The notes: generated by a model not told the origin, from the letters alone. Shown: positions 9,310 to 19,547, numbered from the stretch's first letter. The stretch is DNA of 64,000 nt from Cyanobacteria bacterium P01_A01_bin.15 (GCA_039814735.1 JBCCAQ010000001.1:5386-69385), one strand, 5' to 3'. Numbers and translations are program-made.

Positions 9310-10386
9310 TTACCGAGGTCCTTGAGTTAGCTCGCTCAGGGTCAGATGATGGTTTTGCAGCTTTTCCCTATCCCATTTGTTCATGATGTCTTTGACGAGC
9401 AGCTCCTGCAGCCAAACCTTACCGATAACGACAATGGGAAGGGCTAAAAATAATCCTAAAAATCCGAATAGAAGCCCGCATACTAGCTGTGATATCAGTG
9501 TGATGGCAGGTAGCAGCGACACCTGACGTTTCATAATCAAGGGTGTCAAAAAATTACTTTCTACCTGTTGAATGACAATATATAAAACAATAACGGCTAG
9601 CGCTTTCCAGGGGGCATCTAATAGGCCAAGGATGGCGGGTGGAATCACACTGAGTATTGGCCCGACGTTGGGAATAAAGGTCAGTATGCCGGCGATACAG
9701 GCATTGCCAATGGGTAAAGGCACATTGATAAGTCTCAGACCGACAAAACTGAGAGCAGTAATGACAACCATATTAAAAAGAATACCGATACCCCAGGCAA
9801 CTAGCGCCTGTTCGCCGGCATCGAGAATCTGTTGGATGCGGCCACGGTAAAACCTGGGGAATATCAGGGTGAATGCTCGGCGGTAGGCGCGGGGATTGGC
9901 CAGTAGCATAATGGTGATAACTAGCACTAACAGGCTGTTGACTAACAGAGCCAGCGTTGACCTAAACAGCAGAAAAGCGTTGCTAAAGATACTACCGAGT
10001 ACCCGAGGAATATCACGAATAAAGGTATCGAGCTGCTGTACTTGATCCGACAGCTCAATGGGTAGCCGACTGTCTATGGTTTCTAGCCAGACGCTAATCT
10101 TTGCAACCTGTAGGGGTGCCTGGTAAAGCCACTGGGCGACCTGATCGGTAAAGGGAGGCACAATCACTGTCAAGATCAAGGCGAGTGTGGTAAATATGGT
10201 GATCAAGGTGACAGCGATGGCTAAGCTTCTCTGGAGCCGCCACCGGACAAGCTGTCGGACCATCCGGTTGAGTACCGTTGCGATCGCAACCGCCGCAAAA
10301 ATCAGTAGGATAATAATGCGGATTCTCCAAAGCAGATAGAGCCCTATCAGTACCGCGATTAGTCCAAGCAGTTTTCCAAATCTCAC
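9310..10386 (-). CDS. AI-2E family (PerM-like) transporter
   Basis: Multi-TM; LTFIPNVGP, IQQVESNFLTPLIM, GFLGLFLALP. Confidence 0.9.
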   Translation of the reverse strand: MRFGKLLGLIAVLIGLYLLWRIRIIILLIFAAVAIATVLNRMVRQLVRWRLQRSLAIAVTLITIFTTLALILTVIVPPFTDQVAQWLYQAPLQVAKISVWLETIDSRLPIELSDQVQQLDTFIRDIPRVLGSIFSNAFLLFRSTLALLVNSLLVLVITIMLLANPRAYRRAFTLIFPRFYRGRIQQILDAGEQALVAWGIGILFNMVVITALSFVGLRLINVPLPIGNACIAGILTFIPNVGPILSVIPPAILGLLDAPWKALAVIVLYIVIQQVESNFLTPLIMKRQVSLLPAITLISQLVCGLLFGFLGLFLALPIVVIGKVWLQELLVKDIMNKWDREKLQNHHLTLSELTQGPR

Positions 10387-10507
10387 AATCCTAAATCTCG
10401 TTTGTGTATCGCTAAGTGAAGATTACTAGCTCACCCTTAGCCGGATATCAAACTATAGACAGGTCTTTTAAAATCTCTCGGTCAGAGTAAATGGTTTTAC
10501 CCAAAGG

Positions 10508-10523
10508 TCCACCTGTGGACAGA
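10508..10523 (+). promoter_or_regulatory. Palindromic box promoter
   Basis: TCCACC-TGTG-GACAGA; 22 bp, then TATCAT. Confidence 0.7.
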
Positions 10524-10583
10524 GGGTTTAGGAAAATAATCTTTGTATCATCTAGTACAAAATAACTGTTCTCCGGAGTACCC

Positions 10584-11954
10584 ATGGCATCACCCCAGTA
10601 CGATTATGATCTAGTAGTCATTGGAGCGGGCTCTGGTGGGCTGTCCGCTGCCCGGAAAGCAGCAGAGCTGGGTAAGCGGGTTGCGATCGCAGAAAAAGCC
10701 GACATTGGGGGTACCTGTGTTAATCGCGGCTGTATTCCAACAAAGCTAATGATCTATGCCGCTCAGTTTGCCAAACAGCAAAAGGTTGCCGGTAGCTATG
10801 GCTGGGTCAATCCAGAAGGACTGTTTGACTGGGATGACTTCAAGCAGTCCATGGATGACTATATCCAATCCCTTAGGAAAACCCAAACCGAGAATTTAGA
10901 CGGGATCGAGCTGGTCCGAGGCCAGGCCGAATTTGTCGATGCCCATACGCTAAAAGTCGGCGAAAAAACAGTCACCACCGACTTTGTGCTGATCTCGGTT
11001 GGAGCCCGTCCGCTAATGCCGGATATCCCCGGTATAGAGCACGCGCTTGATTCGCGCGATATCTTTAAGTTAGAAACGTTACCAGAAAAGATTGTAGTCG
11101 CTGGCGGTGGCTATATCGGCGTAGAGTTTAGCCAGATATTACGCAGTTTTGGCTGTCAGGTTGTTCTAGTAGACTCCCATCCCCGTGTGTTAAACACCTT
11201 TGATGCCGATATCCAAAAACGCATTCAACAGATTTTACTAGATGATAAGATTCAAGTCATTGACGATACCAGACTCAAAGAGATAACGATTTGCGATACT
11301 GAGGGTGACAACTCGGACGATCAGGGGACAGAGCAGATCCTCTGCGCGCACCTAGATGACGGTCAGACGATTGAAGCTGAGCAGATCCTGTGCGCCCTGG
11401 GTCGCAAAGCCAACATTGACACCCTTAACCTGGATGCTGTTGCCGTTATTAAAAAGAAAAACAAAATTGTTGTCAATCAGCATAGCCAGACAGAGACACC
11501 CAATATCTACGCTGTTGGGGACTGCACAGCCAAAATGCTGCTCACCCCCGTTGCTAGGGCAGAAGCTACTCTAGCGGTCGAGGCGATGTTTAGTGATAAA
11601 GAGCCCCATGTCGATTATCAGTGGGTGCCCTCGGCTGTGTTTATGCATCCAGAGGTGGCTACCGTTGGAGTTACTGAGCGCGATGCCCGAGACCGATATC
11701 CTCAAATAGAAGTCCACAGCAACGCATTTACCCCTCTTAAATATGCGATCGCACCCGACTCTCCCGAATCGTTTATTAAACTGGTTGTCAATGCAGAGAC
11801 CCAACAAATTCTAGGTGTTCATTTAATATCGCCCCGAGCGGCTGATATTATTCAATCACTGGTACCGGCCCTCAAAAAAGGGCTGACTAAAGCTGAACTA
11901 GATGCAACCATCGGTATTCATCCCTCCATTGGTGAAGAAGTTTTTGCCCTGTAG
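10584..11954 (+). CDS. gor: Glutathione reductase (pyridine nucleotide-disulfide oxidoreductase)
   Basis: GAGSGG, redox disulfide GGTCVNRGCIP, GGGYIGVE, C-terminal IHPSIGEE. Confidence 0.85.
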   Translation: MASPQYDYDLVVIGAGSGGLSAARKAAELGKRVAIAEKADIGGTCVNRGCIPTKLMIYAAQFAKQQKVAGSYGWVNPEGLFDWDDFKQSMDDYIQSLRKTQTENLDGIELVRGQAEFVDAHTLKVGEKTVTTDFVLISVGARPLMPDIPGIEHALDSRDIFKLETLPEKIVVAGGGYIGVEFSQILRSFGCQVVLVDSHPRVLNTFDADIQKRIQQILLDDKIQVIDDTRLKEITICDTEGDNSDDQGTEQILCAHLDDGQTIEAEQILCALGRKANIDTLNLDAVAVIKKKNKIVVNQHSQTETPNIYAVGDCTAKMLLTPVARAEATLAVEAMFSDKEPHVDYQWVPSAVFMHPEVATVGVTERDARDRYPQIEVHSNAFTPLKYAIAPDSPESFIKLVVNAETQQILGVHLISPRAADIIQSLVPALKKGLTKAELDATIGIHPSIGEEVFAL

Positions 11955-11994
11955 CGGCCTACAAACGGTAGCGTTGCGTAGCCTCGATACACCG

Positions 11995-12156
11995 TAAGAA
12001 AACACAATTAATGAGGCCCCTGCTGGATGTACAGACGTTCTACGCAACGCCTACTGGATGTACAGACGTTCCATGGAACGTCTACTGGATGTACAGACGT
12101 TCCATGGAACGTCTCTCCAGCACAACCCATGGATCTCATACAATCCTTATCCCTCA
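11995..12156 (+). repeat. Composite REP/MITE-like element, copy 1 (three tandem 31-bp cores)
   Basis: Units CTGGATGTACAGACGTTCCATGGAACGTCTA at 12023, 12054 and 12085 (the first degenerate); right arm ...CAATCCTTATCCCTCA. Confidence 0.8.
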
Positions 12157-12169
12157 GGTCCCGTAGCCC

Positions 12170-13657
12170 TTACTCAGGCGATGTGTTTGGTACCCAAACC
12201 GAAACCGAACCCGCTGCACAAGAAAATTCTGCCCAGCCCTCATCGTTTGTTGTCACTGATTCTTCTATATGTTTTGTAATGTCTGTATAGGTCTGATTAG
12301 GATTACCCGTTTCCATCCATTTGCGACCGTTGTCCCCGTTGGTAAGCACAACAGCCATGCCCCCCGGATGTGCTTCATCGCCCAGACGGGTCCAGCCAAC
12401 GGTGTTGGCATGGTCAAAGTAGTCATACTGTTCACCGTAGCCGTAGGTATGGCGGGCCTGTAAAAACCGATCGATGAGCCAACGGTGGCTGTCTAACCAA
12501 ATTTCGTATTCGTTGCCATCATCGGCGCTGTCGGTGTAGTGAGCGCCATAGTAGTCAGCATAGAAAATGCAGGGATAGCCGTCGCGGCGCAGCAGGATCA
12601 GAGCATAGGCGAGGGGCTTAAACCACGACTCAACTACCGACTCTAGGGACTGCAAAGGTTGAGAGTCGTGGTTGTCGACCAGGGTGACCGCCAGGGTAGG
12701 CTGATCTTTGACTAGGGTGTTGTCAAAAATTGTGCGCAGATCATAGTCGCTGCCGCCGTTGCTCGCCTCGCTAAAGTTGTAGTGTAGCGGTGCATCAAAT
12801 AGGGCAACGTTGCCGCCAGTTATACTGACAAAGTGATGCAGGGCTTCGACCTCGTAGGACCAGTATTCTCCCACCGCAAACAGCGATTTTCCAGAATGTT
12901 GACGGCAGTGGTTCAGCCAGTGGGGAAAGAAATTAGCTTTAACATGTTTGACAGCGTCGAAGCGAAAGCCGTCCACGTTGGTTGTGTCGACATACCATTC
13001 ACCCCAGTATTTGAGTTCTCCCCGCACCTCTGGATGTTCCATATCCAGATCGCAGCCCATGAGATAGTCAAATGCTCCCTTTTCAAGATCAACGTTGTCG
13101 TCAAACTTTTTATCTTGAAAGAGATAAACCGCGTCTAGGTCATCGTCGTAGGCGTTGTAGTCAACAGCGTCAAAGTGCCACCAGTGCCATTCTACCGTTG
13201 AGTATTTGCCCTGGCGACCGGGGAAGGTAAAGTTGGTCCAGACCTTGACCGTGCGGCTGTCGCCAATGGGTTCGTTGCGGTTTTGGGGATTAAACGGTGT
13301 AGCCTCCACTTCTTCAGAGGCGTCAGCCCCTAGCTTGTGGTTGAATACCACATCGGCATATACCTGCATTCCTGCGGCCTTGGCGGCTTGAATAGCGGCA
13401 ACATACTCATCTTTGGTCCCGTACTTGGTCGGAATAGTACCTTTTTGGTCAAATTCGCCCAGATCAAAGAGGTCGTAGACGCCATAGCCCACATCGTAGC
13501 CACCCCCAGTGCCTTTGTATGCGGGAGGCAACCATAGGGATGTAATGCCGGCTGCGGCTAGCTCGTCTGCTTTCTCTTTTAGCTCGTTCCACAGGTTTCC
13601 CTCGGGTGGGAGATACCAGTGAAAATACTGCATCATCACACCATTAAGCTTAGACAT
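12170..13657 (-). CDS. amyA: Cytoplasmic alpha-amylase, GH13
   Basis: MMQYFHWY, DVVFNH, GFRFDAVKH (nucleophile), GEYW, VDNHDSQ; AGGAGG before ATG 13657. Confidence 0.93.
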   Translation of the reverse strand: MSKLNGVMMQYFHWYLPPEGNLWNELKEKADELAAAGITSLWLPPAYKGTGGGYDVGYGVYDLFDLGEFDQKGTIPTKYGTKDEYVAAIQAAKAAGMQVYADVVFNHKLGADASEEVEATPFNPQNRNEPIGDSRTVKVWTNFTFPGRQGKYSTVEWHWWHFDAVDYNAYDDDLDAVYLFQDKKFDDNVDLEKGAFDYLMGCDLDMEHPEVRGELKYWGEWYVDTTNVDGFRFDAVKHVKANFFPHWLNHCRQHSGKSLFAVGEYWSYEVEALHHFVSITGGNVALFDAPLHYNFSEASNGGSDYDLRTIFDNTLVKDQPTLAVTLVDNHDSQPLQSLESVVESWFKPLAYALILLRRDGYPCIFYADYYGAHYTDSADDGNEYEIWLDSHRWLIDRFLQARHTYGYGEQYDYFDHANTVGWTRLGDEAHPGGMAVVLTNGDNGRKWMETGNPNQTYTDITKHIEESVTTNDEGWAEFSCAAGSVSVWVPNTSPE

Positions 13658-13729
13658 GCCAAACAAACCTCCTAAAAGCAGGGGACGACTTTGCTCGATT
13701 TAGTATGACAGCGAGCCAAAATTCTTTGA

Positions 13730-13745
13730 TCTGTCTGAGGATATA
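13730..13745 (-). promoter_or_regulatory. Palindromic box promoter for amyA
   Basis: TCTGTC-TGAG-GATATA; 22 bp, then CATACT on the - strand. Confidence 0.65.
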
Positions 13746-13779
13746 TCTATAGCCTGTCTCCATAGACGACCGACTATCG

Positions 13780-14619
13780 TCAAGAGACGGCGTCGAGATC
13801 GCGGTAGCGAGCCTGAACGGCCATATAGCCACCATAGGCGACCAACCCGGCGGCTGTGACCACAAGCATCAGCTGGCCACCTGTTGATGATGACTGTATG
13901 GCTTCCAACGCTCCCTCGGTCGAACGAGCCTGCTCGGGGTTTGCTGTGAGCGCCGCCTTGATCAAAAAACCACCGACGATAGAAAAGACCACACCGCGAG
14001 CAAAAATGCCAAACTGGCACAGGCGAATCAGATCTTTTCGCGCTGTCTGACTTAGAGAACGCAGCCGTAGCCGTTTGCGAAACTTAGCCTTAAAAGCTCT
14101 GTAAAAGTAGTAGAAGGCTACACCAATAACCACTGCCCCAGCCGTGCCTACTAACCATCGCCCCATGGGCTGCTGTAATAGTTTGGCTGCCCACTCCTCG
14201 GGAGTGCTGCTGCCCTCGTTGCCAGACTGCCCCCGGCCTAGGGCCAAACGCAAAGCGCTGAAGGCGAGGCTGCTATAGGCAATACCACTAAGCAGATAGC
14301 TCAGTCGGCGAATCACGTTTGACCAGCCGCCACCATTGTTTTCTGGATCTAAAAATGCCTGAACAAAGCGCCAGAGCACATAGCCTAGAAGACCAAAGCT
14401 CACTAAAAATAATAAGACTTGTCCAAACGGCTGGGAGGCGATAGCAGAGAGCGCTCCCTCTGAGCCGGTTGTTTCTCCACCCATATTTAACGCTGCTTTG
14501 ACAGCCAGTACTCCCAATACGATGTATACCGTGGCCTTAGCTCCATAGCCAAGCCTGGCCATCCATACAATCCAGGAGGCTACATTATTTTTAATCTGAT
14601 AATGATCCGATGGGGACAT
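13780..14619 (-). CDS. DUF1206 membrane protein
   Basis: Three repeats of the ARLGY.AK..VY / QPFGQVLL type; ends ARYR. Confidence 0.85.
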   Translation of the reverse strand: MSPSDHYQIKNNVASWIVWMARLGYGAKATVYIVLGVLAVKAALNMGGETTGSEGALSAIASQPFGQVLLFLVSFGLLGYVLWRFVQAFLDPENNGGGWSNVIRRLSYLLSGIAYSSLAFSALRLALGRGQSGNEGSSTPEEWAAKLLQQPMGRWLVGTAGAVVIGVAFYYFYRAFKAKFRKRLRLRSLSQTARKDLIRLCQFGIFARGVVFSIVGGFLIKAALTANPEQARSTEGALEAIQSSSTGGQLMLVVTAAGLVAYGGYMAVQARYRDLDAVS

Positions 14620-14673
14620 AGCTAAAGATTAAGAAACACAGATGACTGTAACTGGAATTGTCAAAATGACGCC

Positions 14674-14775
14674 TCTAGCCGAGGGACTAGAGGGGCAGGT
14701 GACCGTATCCATCTGTGGGCAGAAGCGAGCCGTTTTCTATCGTTGGAAAGAGAACAGCCTCATCCTTAGGCCATA
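14674..14775. promoter_or_regulatory. Cluster of palindromic boxes in a divergent intergenic region
   Basis: TCTAGC-CGAG-GGACTA 14674 (23 bp to TACAGT, -); TCCATC-TGTG-GGCAGA 14708; TCTATC-GTTG-GAAAGA 14736; TCATCC-TTAG-GCCATA 14760 (22 bp to TACAAT, +). Confidence 0.65.
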
Positions 14776-14839
14776 TATGGGCCGGTAGGTTTCTCTTTAC
14801 AATTTCCGATGAAGCATTACATGACCCCGAACCCCGACT

Positions 14840-15709
14840 ATGGATAGTACAGAACGTCGCCCCACCCCAGATGAGATTTCCGGTCAACAGCTGGACTATC
14901 CGGCGAGCCAGTCGGATATGAAGATTCAGCCCGACTCAGATCTGTCTAACTACAGTCCGGCTAACAAGCTGATGGGTAAGGTGGCAATCATCACCGGGGG
15001 GGACTCTGGCATTGGTTGAGCCGTTGCGATCGCATACGCCATGGAGGGTGCAGATGTGGCCATTGTCTATTTGCACAGCGACGGCGATGCTGATAAAACC
15101 CGTGAACTCGTAGAAGCCGAGGGCCGCCAGTGCCTGACTATTAAAGCTGACGTGCGCGACCCGGAGGCCTGCCGCACCGTTGTTGAAAAAACTATCGCTA
15201 CCCTGGGTCATCTCAGTATTTTGGTCAATAATGCCGCCTACCAGATGGTACAGGAGACTTTTGAAGATATCACTGAAGAACAGTTTCGCCGTACCCTAGA
15301 AACCAATGTCTTTGGCTACTTTTATATGATCAAGGCGGCCGTACCCCACCTAAATGAAAACGATACTATCATCAACACTGGCAGTATCGTGGGAAAAATC
15401 GGCAAACCGTTTTTGATTGACTACGCGGCTAGCAAGGGGGCAATTCATTCCATGACTAAAGCCCTGGCCCTCAATTTGGCAGAGCGTAAGATCCGGGTTA
15501 ATGCCGTTGTGCCTGGCCCGGTCTGGACGCCGAATATTCCAGCGACAATGCCTGCAAAAATGGTGGACGGATTTGATACGGATGGTGCTCTCAACCGGGC
15601 GGCTCAGCCAGAAGAGCTGGCCCCAACCTATGTTTATTTTGCCTCCCAGGACAGCAGCTTTGTCACAGGTGCCCTGTTGGATGTAACCGGTGGCCAACTG
15701 TCGAGCTAG
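14840..15709 (+). pseudogene. General-stress SDR oxidoreductase (YhdF/YghA-like) interrupted by an in-frame TGA
   Basis: ATG 14840 reads ...KLMGKVAIITGGDSGIG*AVAIAYAMEGADV; TGA at 15017-15019 where GIGRAVA has Arg (CGA); YAASK downstream in the same frame. Confidence 0.85.
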
Positions 15710-15771
15710 GGGCCAAGCTTTTTTCTATGGGGGCATCCTGACCAAGGATGGGGCTGGTTCGACTGCTGATT

Positions 15772-15787
15772 TATGTCTTTAGGTGGG
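15772..15787 (+). promoter_or_regulatory. Palindromic box promoter
   Basis: TATGTC-TTTA-GGTGGG; 22 bp, then TAGGTT. Confidence 0.55.
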
Positions 15788-15852
15788 CAGTTTAAATGTC
15801 TGCTTTTGATAGGTTGTTGAATAGTAAAAAACAACTTAAAGGAGACATTTTT

Positions 15853-16335
15853 ATGTCATCTGCTCTGAACAATATTGATCAATCTCCCCTAGAAGCGGTT
15901 AAAGACGCTGTTAAGTCCTTTGAGGCGCTCACCGCAGATGAAAAATTAGGGCTGCTGTGGGTACTTTATGACAACATGGGTGGCTCCATTACCCCTGCTG
16001 CTCCTGGGGCCGCCAACCCCCAGTTTACCCAAACTCTGCTAAGCGGCGTCAAAGCTATGGAACAGCAAGAACAGCTAGAGTTTATGAGAAACCTGGTTGA
16101 GAAAAAAGATACCGAATACACCCGTCAGTACAGCGCCTTTACTAAGGATAACAAGCTTGTCTTCTGGTACGAGCTGGCCCTATTGATGACCGAGGGCGAA
16201 GTGATTCCCATGCCTCGAAACTATTCACTTCCCAGCGCTGCCTCTGAGCTGTTTAATACGATTTCCCAGATGGAATTTAACGACCAAATTACCGTTCTGC
16301 GTGACGCCGTTATAGACATGGGACCTGCGGCTTAG
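15853..16335 (+). CDS. Helical carotenoid protein (OCP N-terminal domain homolog)
   Basis: LGLLWVLY..MGGSITPAAPGAA, NKLVFWYELA..M..G.VIPMP..Y.L, QITVLRDAVIDMG; AAGGAG before ATG 15853. Confidence 0.9.
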   Translation: MSSALNNIDQSPLEAVKDAVKSFEALTADEKLGLLWVLYDNMGGSITPAAPGAANPQFTQTLLSGVKAMEQQEQLEFMRNLVEKKDTEYTRQYSAFTKDNKLVFWYELALLMTEGEVIPMPRNYSLPSAASELFNTISQMEFNDQITVLRDAVIDMGPAA

Positions 16336-16343
16336 GCAGTGCC

Positions 16344-16721
16344 ATGGAAGACTACCAAACAGCCCATCTGTGCGCGATCAGGCGCTATTTTGAAACATTC
16401 AATCTCCATGACTTTGGTGCAGCGGCTGCTCTATTCAGCGTTCAGGGGGAGCTGCACCCTCCCTTTGAGGACGCTATTGTTGGTCGAGCAGCCATTGCGG
16501 CCTACTTGAGCCAAGAGGCCAGTCAAATGAAGCTTTTTCCGGGTGAACCAACCGTTGATGGATCCGATGCCAGTCGGTTAGTGGTATTGGGTCATGTGAA
16601 TGCGATCGCATTTAAGGTTGGCATAAAGTGGACATTTCTACTGACAAAAGAGTCAGAAATTGAATCGCTATCCATACGCCTGAGAGCCTCTATGCAAGAG
16701 CTACTGACTTTACAAAAATAG
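16344..16721 (+). CDS. NTF2-like OCP C-terminal domain homolog (CTDH)
   Basis: YFETFN..DF.AAAALF...G.L.PPFE..IVGR.AIAAYL..EA..MKL.P; ends L.AS.QELL; directly after the HCP gene. Confidence 0.85.
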   Translation: MEDYQTAHLCAIRRYFETFNLHDFGAAAALFSVQGELHPPFEDAIVGRAAIAAYLSQEASQMKLFPGEPTVDGSDASRLVVLGHVNAIAFKVGIKWTFLLTKESEIESLSIRLRASMQELLTLQK

Positions 16722-16730
16722 CAGCCCAGC

Positions 16731-16770
16731 TAAAAGGGCCTACCGATTTGTTTCCGGTAGGCCCTTTTAA
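16731..16770. terminator. Bidirectional intrinsic terminator
   Basis: TAAAAGGGCCTACCG...CGGTAGGCCCTTTTA between convergent genes. Confidence 0.8.
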
Positions 16771-16815
16771 CGGGCGTTATACTGTTCTGGATAACCGCAG
16801 CTAGAACCAACCTGT

Positions 16816-17271
16816 CTACCCTGGAGAGTTGGGCATGTCTGCCTGATTGTCGATATATCTCAGCATGCTTTGTGTATTAGCATAGGCGTCATTATTCTCA
16901 TTGCTCAAATAGAGCGCGGCGGCCAGCTTAAGATCGGTAAAGGCCATTTGCTCATTACCCAGCTGATAGTGAACCCAGCCGCGCTGCTCCAGTATGTTGG
17001 GTTCATTGGCAGTGGTTAGGTCAGTCGCCTTATTTAAGGCCGCTAGGGCATTGGGATAATCATTAGCAATAACAGCGTTGATCCCAACCTGTTGCCAGTA
17101 GTCAACCGGCTGTGCCTGGGTTGCCAGCGGCTGATACTCAAAGGTAGGTGGTGTAAACGACCGTGTGGTGGACCGGAGCGCCTGAGTATTCTCCGCTTCG
17201 TTGGCCCTTACAGAACCCGGTGCCAAAACTAATGCAGCAATAGCGGCTAAAGCGACGTGTCTCAATCTCAT
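16816..17271 (-). CDS. Exported TPR-like protein
   Basis: Signal peptide MRLRHVALAAIAALVLAPGSVRA; TPR-like YPNALAALNKA...QRGWVHYQLGNEQMAFTDL. Confidence 0.75.
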   Translation of the reverse strand: MRLRHVALAAIAALVLAPGSVRANEAENTQALRSTTRSFTPPTFEYQPLATQAQPVDYWQQVGINAVIANDYPNALAALNKATDLTTANEPNILEQRGWVHYQLGNEQMAFTDLKLAAALYLSNENNDAYANTQSMLRYIDNQADMPNSPG

Positions 17272-17324
17272 TAATACTTCTTTTTTCAACAGTTTTAATA
17301 TAGAAGAATTCTTGCCTTGATTCA

Positions 17325-17364
17325 TCTACCAGCGTGGGTAACGCCTCGTATATCAACAGGTAGA
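17325..17364 (-). promoter_or_regulatory. Tandem palindromic boxes (starts 24 bp apart)
   Basis: TCTACC-AGCG-TGGGTA 17325 (22 bp to TATATT, -) and TATATC-AACA-GGTAGA 17349. Confidence 0.65.
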
Positions 17365-17382
17365 ACCTTTAAACAGATATTT

Positions 17383-17504
17383 TAGGGGATGGGGATTTTA
17401 TAAGGTCAAAAATTAAGGCTGGAGAGACGTTGCATGCGATGTACAGACGTTGCATGCAACGTCTCTTCAGCCAATAGTGGAGCCCAATTGGTTTTATTTC
17501 CTGA
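17383..17504 (-). repeat. Composite REP/MITE-like element, copy 2 (reverse orientation)
   Basis: GGGGATGGGGATTTTATAAG...GAGACGTTGCATGC..GTACAGACGTTGCATGCAACGTCTC...CCAATAGTGGAGCCCAATTGGTTTTATTTCCTGA matches both arms of the 55374 copy. Confidence 0.75.
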
Positions 17505-17563
17505 GCAGATAGAGACCTCCTGAACGTATCCAGAGGGTCTCTATCTGTCTGTCTTTGCTGGAA

Positions 17564-17728
17564 TTAGCGGGTAGACATCCAGGTAATGCCTAGCTGTTGT
17601 ACAAGTCCTTGACCCGTTAGTAGCTCTACTAAAATAGCTGATATAAAACCCAGCATGGCCAGACGGCCATTTAGCAGTTCGGCAAATCTGGTAAATCCTA
17701 CCCTGGCTTCTGGTTTTTGGATATTCAT
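17564..17728 (-). CDS. hli: High-light-inducible protein (Hlip/SCP)
   Basis: GFTRFAELLNGRLAMLGF...ELLTGQG chlorophyll-binding motif. Confidence 0.93.
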   Translation of the reverse strand: MNIQKPEARVGFTRFAELLNGRLAMLGFISAILVELLTGQGLVQQLGITWMSTR

Positions 17729-17797
17729 AAAAACTCTTTTGTTTGTTGGCAATGTCTCTGATGTCTTTAAGAATACAGAGATATGGCTAACCCGTCG

Positions 17798-17813
17798 TCT
17801 GTCTGGAGATGGA
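17798..17813 (-). promoter_or_regulatory. Palindromic box promoter for hli
   Basis: TCTGTC-TGGA-GATGGA; 22 bp, then TATTCT on the - strand. Confidence 0.75.
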
Positions 17814-17898
17814 GCTATGGAAAGAGAGCCTGTCGCATAAAAAAGCCCCTATAAAAATAGAGGCCCTCTGCACATTATCCTTATAACTCAACAGGTCG

Positions 17899-18066
17899 CT
17901 AAACAGGTTTGCGAAAGATACCTAAAAGCAGTGAAACTACAAAAATAGCCAGGAAGACATAGAACAGGATTTTAGCAATTCCTGCTGCTGCTCCTGCAAT
18001 GCCACCAAAGCCTAGAAAAGCCGCTATTAGCGCGATTACTAAAAATGTTAGAGCCCATCTCAGCAT
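17899..18066 (-). CDS. DUF1328 (YtjA-like) small membrane protein, absent from the ORF track
   Basis: Translated by hand: [55 protein letters not shown] (55 aa); GGGAG RBS. Confidence 0.9.
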   Translation of the reverse strand: MLRWALTFLVIALIAAFLGFGGIAGAAAGIAKILFYVFLAIFVVSLLLGIFRKPV

Positions 18067-18192
18067 CGTCATTCTCCCTTAACAATCAGAACTTGATACT
18101 ACCTATTCAATCGTAGATATCTAAATTCACTCTCACCCCTAGGAGATATATTATGTGCTGGCGTAAAGCAGCAAGAGATAACTTCCCAGGTT

Positions 18193-18678
18193 TTAACCGT
18201 GGCGATCTATCGCTCTGAGCCTACGTTTGCGGGCCTGCTTGTAGGCAGATGTTTTAGGGACTAGCTCCGGATTACGAACGGTGGGGGTCTCTGCCAGCAA
18301 AGCAATAATGCCGGTGCGCTCCAATTCAATAGATGTATCGATCAAGATGCCCTGGACGCCGATCTGCAAAATAGACTCAATCAGCCTGGTAATGTCTTGC
18401 TTGAGTCGCTGATTAACAGCTCTACTCACCTCTGATGATAGCCCTGATGCTCCTTGGCAGGATAGCAGCTGTTCAATCTGGGTGGTGCTACTTTCAATAA
18501 TGATCGCTAGCTCTTGACCAAACAGATGGCAGGTAACCCTGGTGGGTCTCTGACCCAAATGCTGTTTATAAAGCGTTTGAATTTTTTGTGATAGCTGTCT
18601 TTCTAGCTCACCACAGCTGGGTGTGAGCAGGTCCGACCGATGGTCAATGGGTAATATATCAATGTGCATTTTATCCAC
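18193..18678 (-). CDS. DUF2294 (MpsC-like) protein; start uncertain
   Basis: GELERQLSQKIQTLYKQHLGQRPTRVTC.LF...LAIIIE...TQIEQLL; ERTGIIALL. Confidence 0.85.
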   Translation of the reverse strand: MDKMHIDILPIDHRSDLLTPSCGELERQLSQKIQTLYKQHLGQRPTRVTCHLFGQELAIIIESSTTQIEQLLSCQGASGLSSEVSRAVNQRLKQDITRLIESILQIGVQGILIDTSIELERTGIIALLAETPTVRNPELVPKTSAYKQARKRRLRAIDRHG

Positions 18679-19121
18679 CGCCTGAGCAGATGAGCCTAAC
18701 TTGTCAAATTGAGATTGCGATGAATCTCTATTAAGAAATGTAACACCTTAGTTTTTAGCTGAATAGCTGGTTAAGCGTCTTTTTTCGACGGTTTTCCGAA
18801 CAAAGGCTCAACTATCTTGAATTTTGCAGGTTCGCCATGGGAACCTATTTTAATTTCTAGAGATTATTTGTTAATCTCTGGTCGTTGGCGAGTTAGGGAA
18901 GTTTCGGAATGCAGGTTTGGTAGCATAGCTCAGAGAAAATTGGGCTGCATGTATCCTGCTTCTTTATACTAAATAGGTATTCTCTGGGAAGCCGTCCCTT
19001 CCATGCTATGGCATGCAAGCTACGCTGACCATTTTCTACAAAAGAGCCGGTTAACTGGGGTCATTGCGTGTCAATGGTTGGACCGCTTCTTGATGAGCAG
19101 AAATGGTCCAGGGAAATTTTT

Positions 19122-19538
19122 ATGAATCACCCCAGTCTTCCACGACCGCTTGTTTTAGCCGTAGATGACAATCTAGATAATCTTTGGCTGTTGTCAATGG
19201 CTCTGGAGATGTTTGGCTTTTCACACATCTGTATCAATCAGAGTCAATATGTGATGGAAGCGGCAAAACGATACCAGCCCGATCTGATTCTTTTGGATTT
19301 GGTGATGGCGGACATTAACGGTATTGAGGTTGCCAACTACCTTAAGGTTGAGCCAACAACGGTGAATATTCCCATCGTCGGTGTGACGGCAATGGTTACC
19401 TATGATTATCCTAAATGCTTGCCCATAGAAATATTTGACAGCTTTTTAACTAAGCCGTACCTGCTGGATGATTTGCAAGATCTAGTCAAGGCCTCTCTTA
19501 AAAAGCAGGCACCCTACTGTCTAACCCCTAGGGTGTAG
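19122..19538 (+). CDS. Single-domain CheY/DivK-like response regulator
   Basis: LAVDDN, PDLILLDLVM, VTAM, FLTKPY; no output domain. Confidence 0.9.
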   Translation: MNHPSLPRPLVLAVDDNLDNLWLLSMALEMFGFSHICINQSQYVMEAAKRYQPDLILLDLVMADINGIEVANYLKVEPTTVNIPIVGVTAMVTYDYPKCLPIEIFDSFLTKPYLLDDLQDLVKASLKKQAPYCLTPRV

Positions 19539-19547
19539 CGGCTTGCT

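Noticed and set aside
12023-12117. 31-bp palindromic direct repeats resembling a CRISPR array (also 63590-63670)
   Set aside because: Units are head-to-tail with no unique spacers, the same core is dispersed singly elsewhere, and there are no cas genes in the window.
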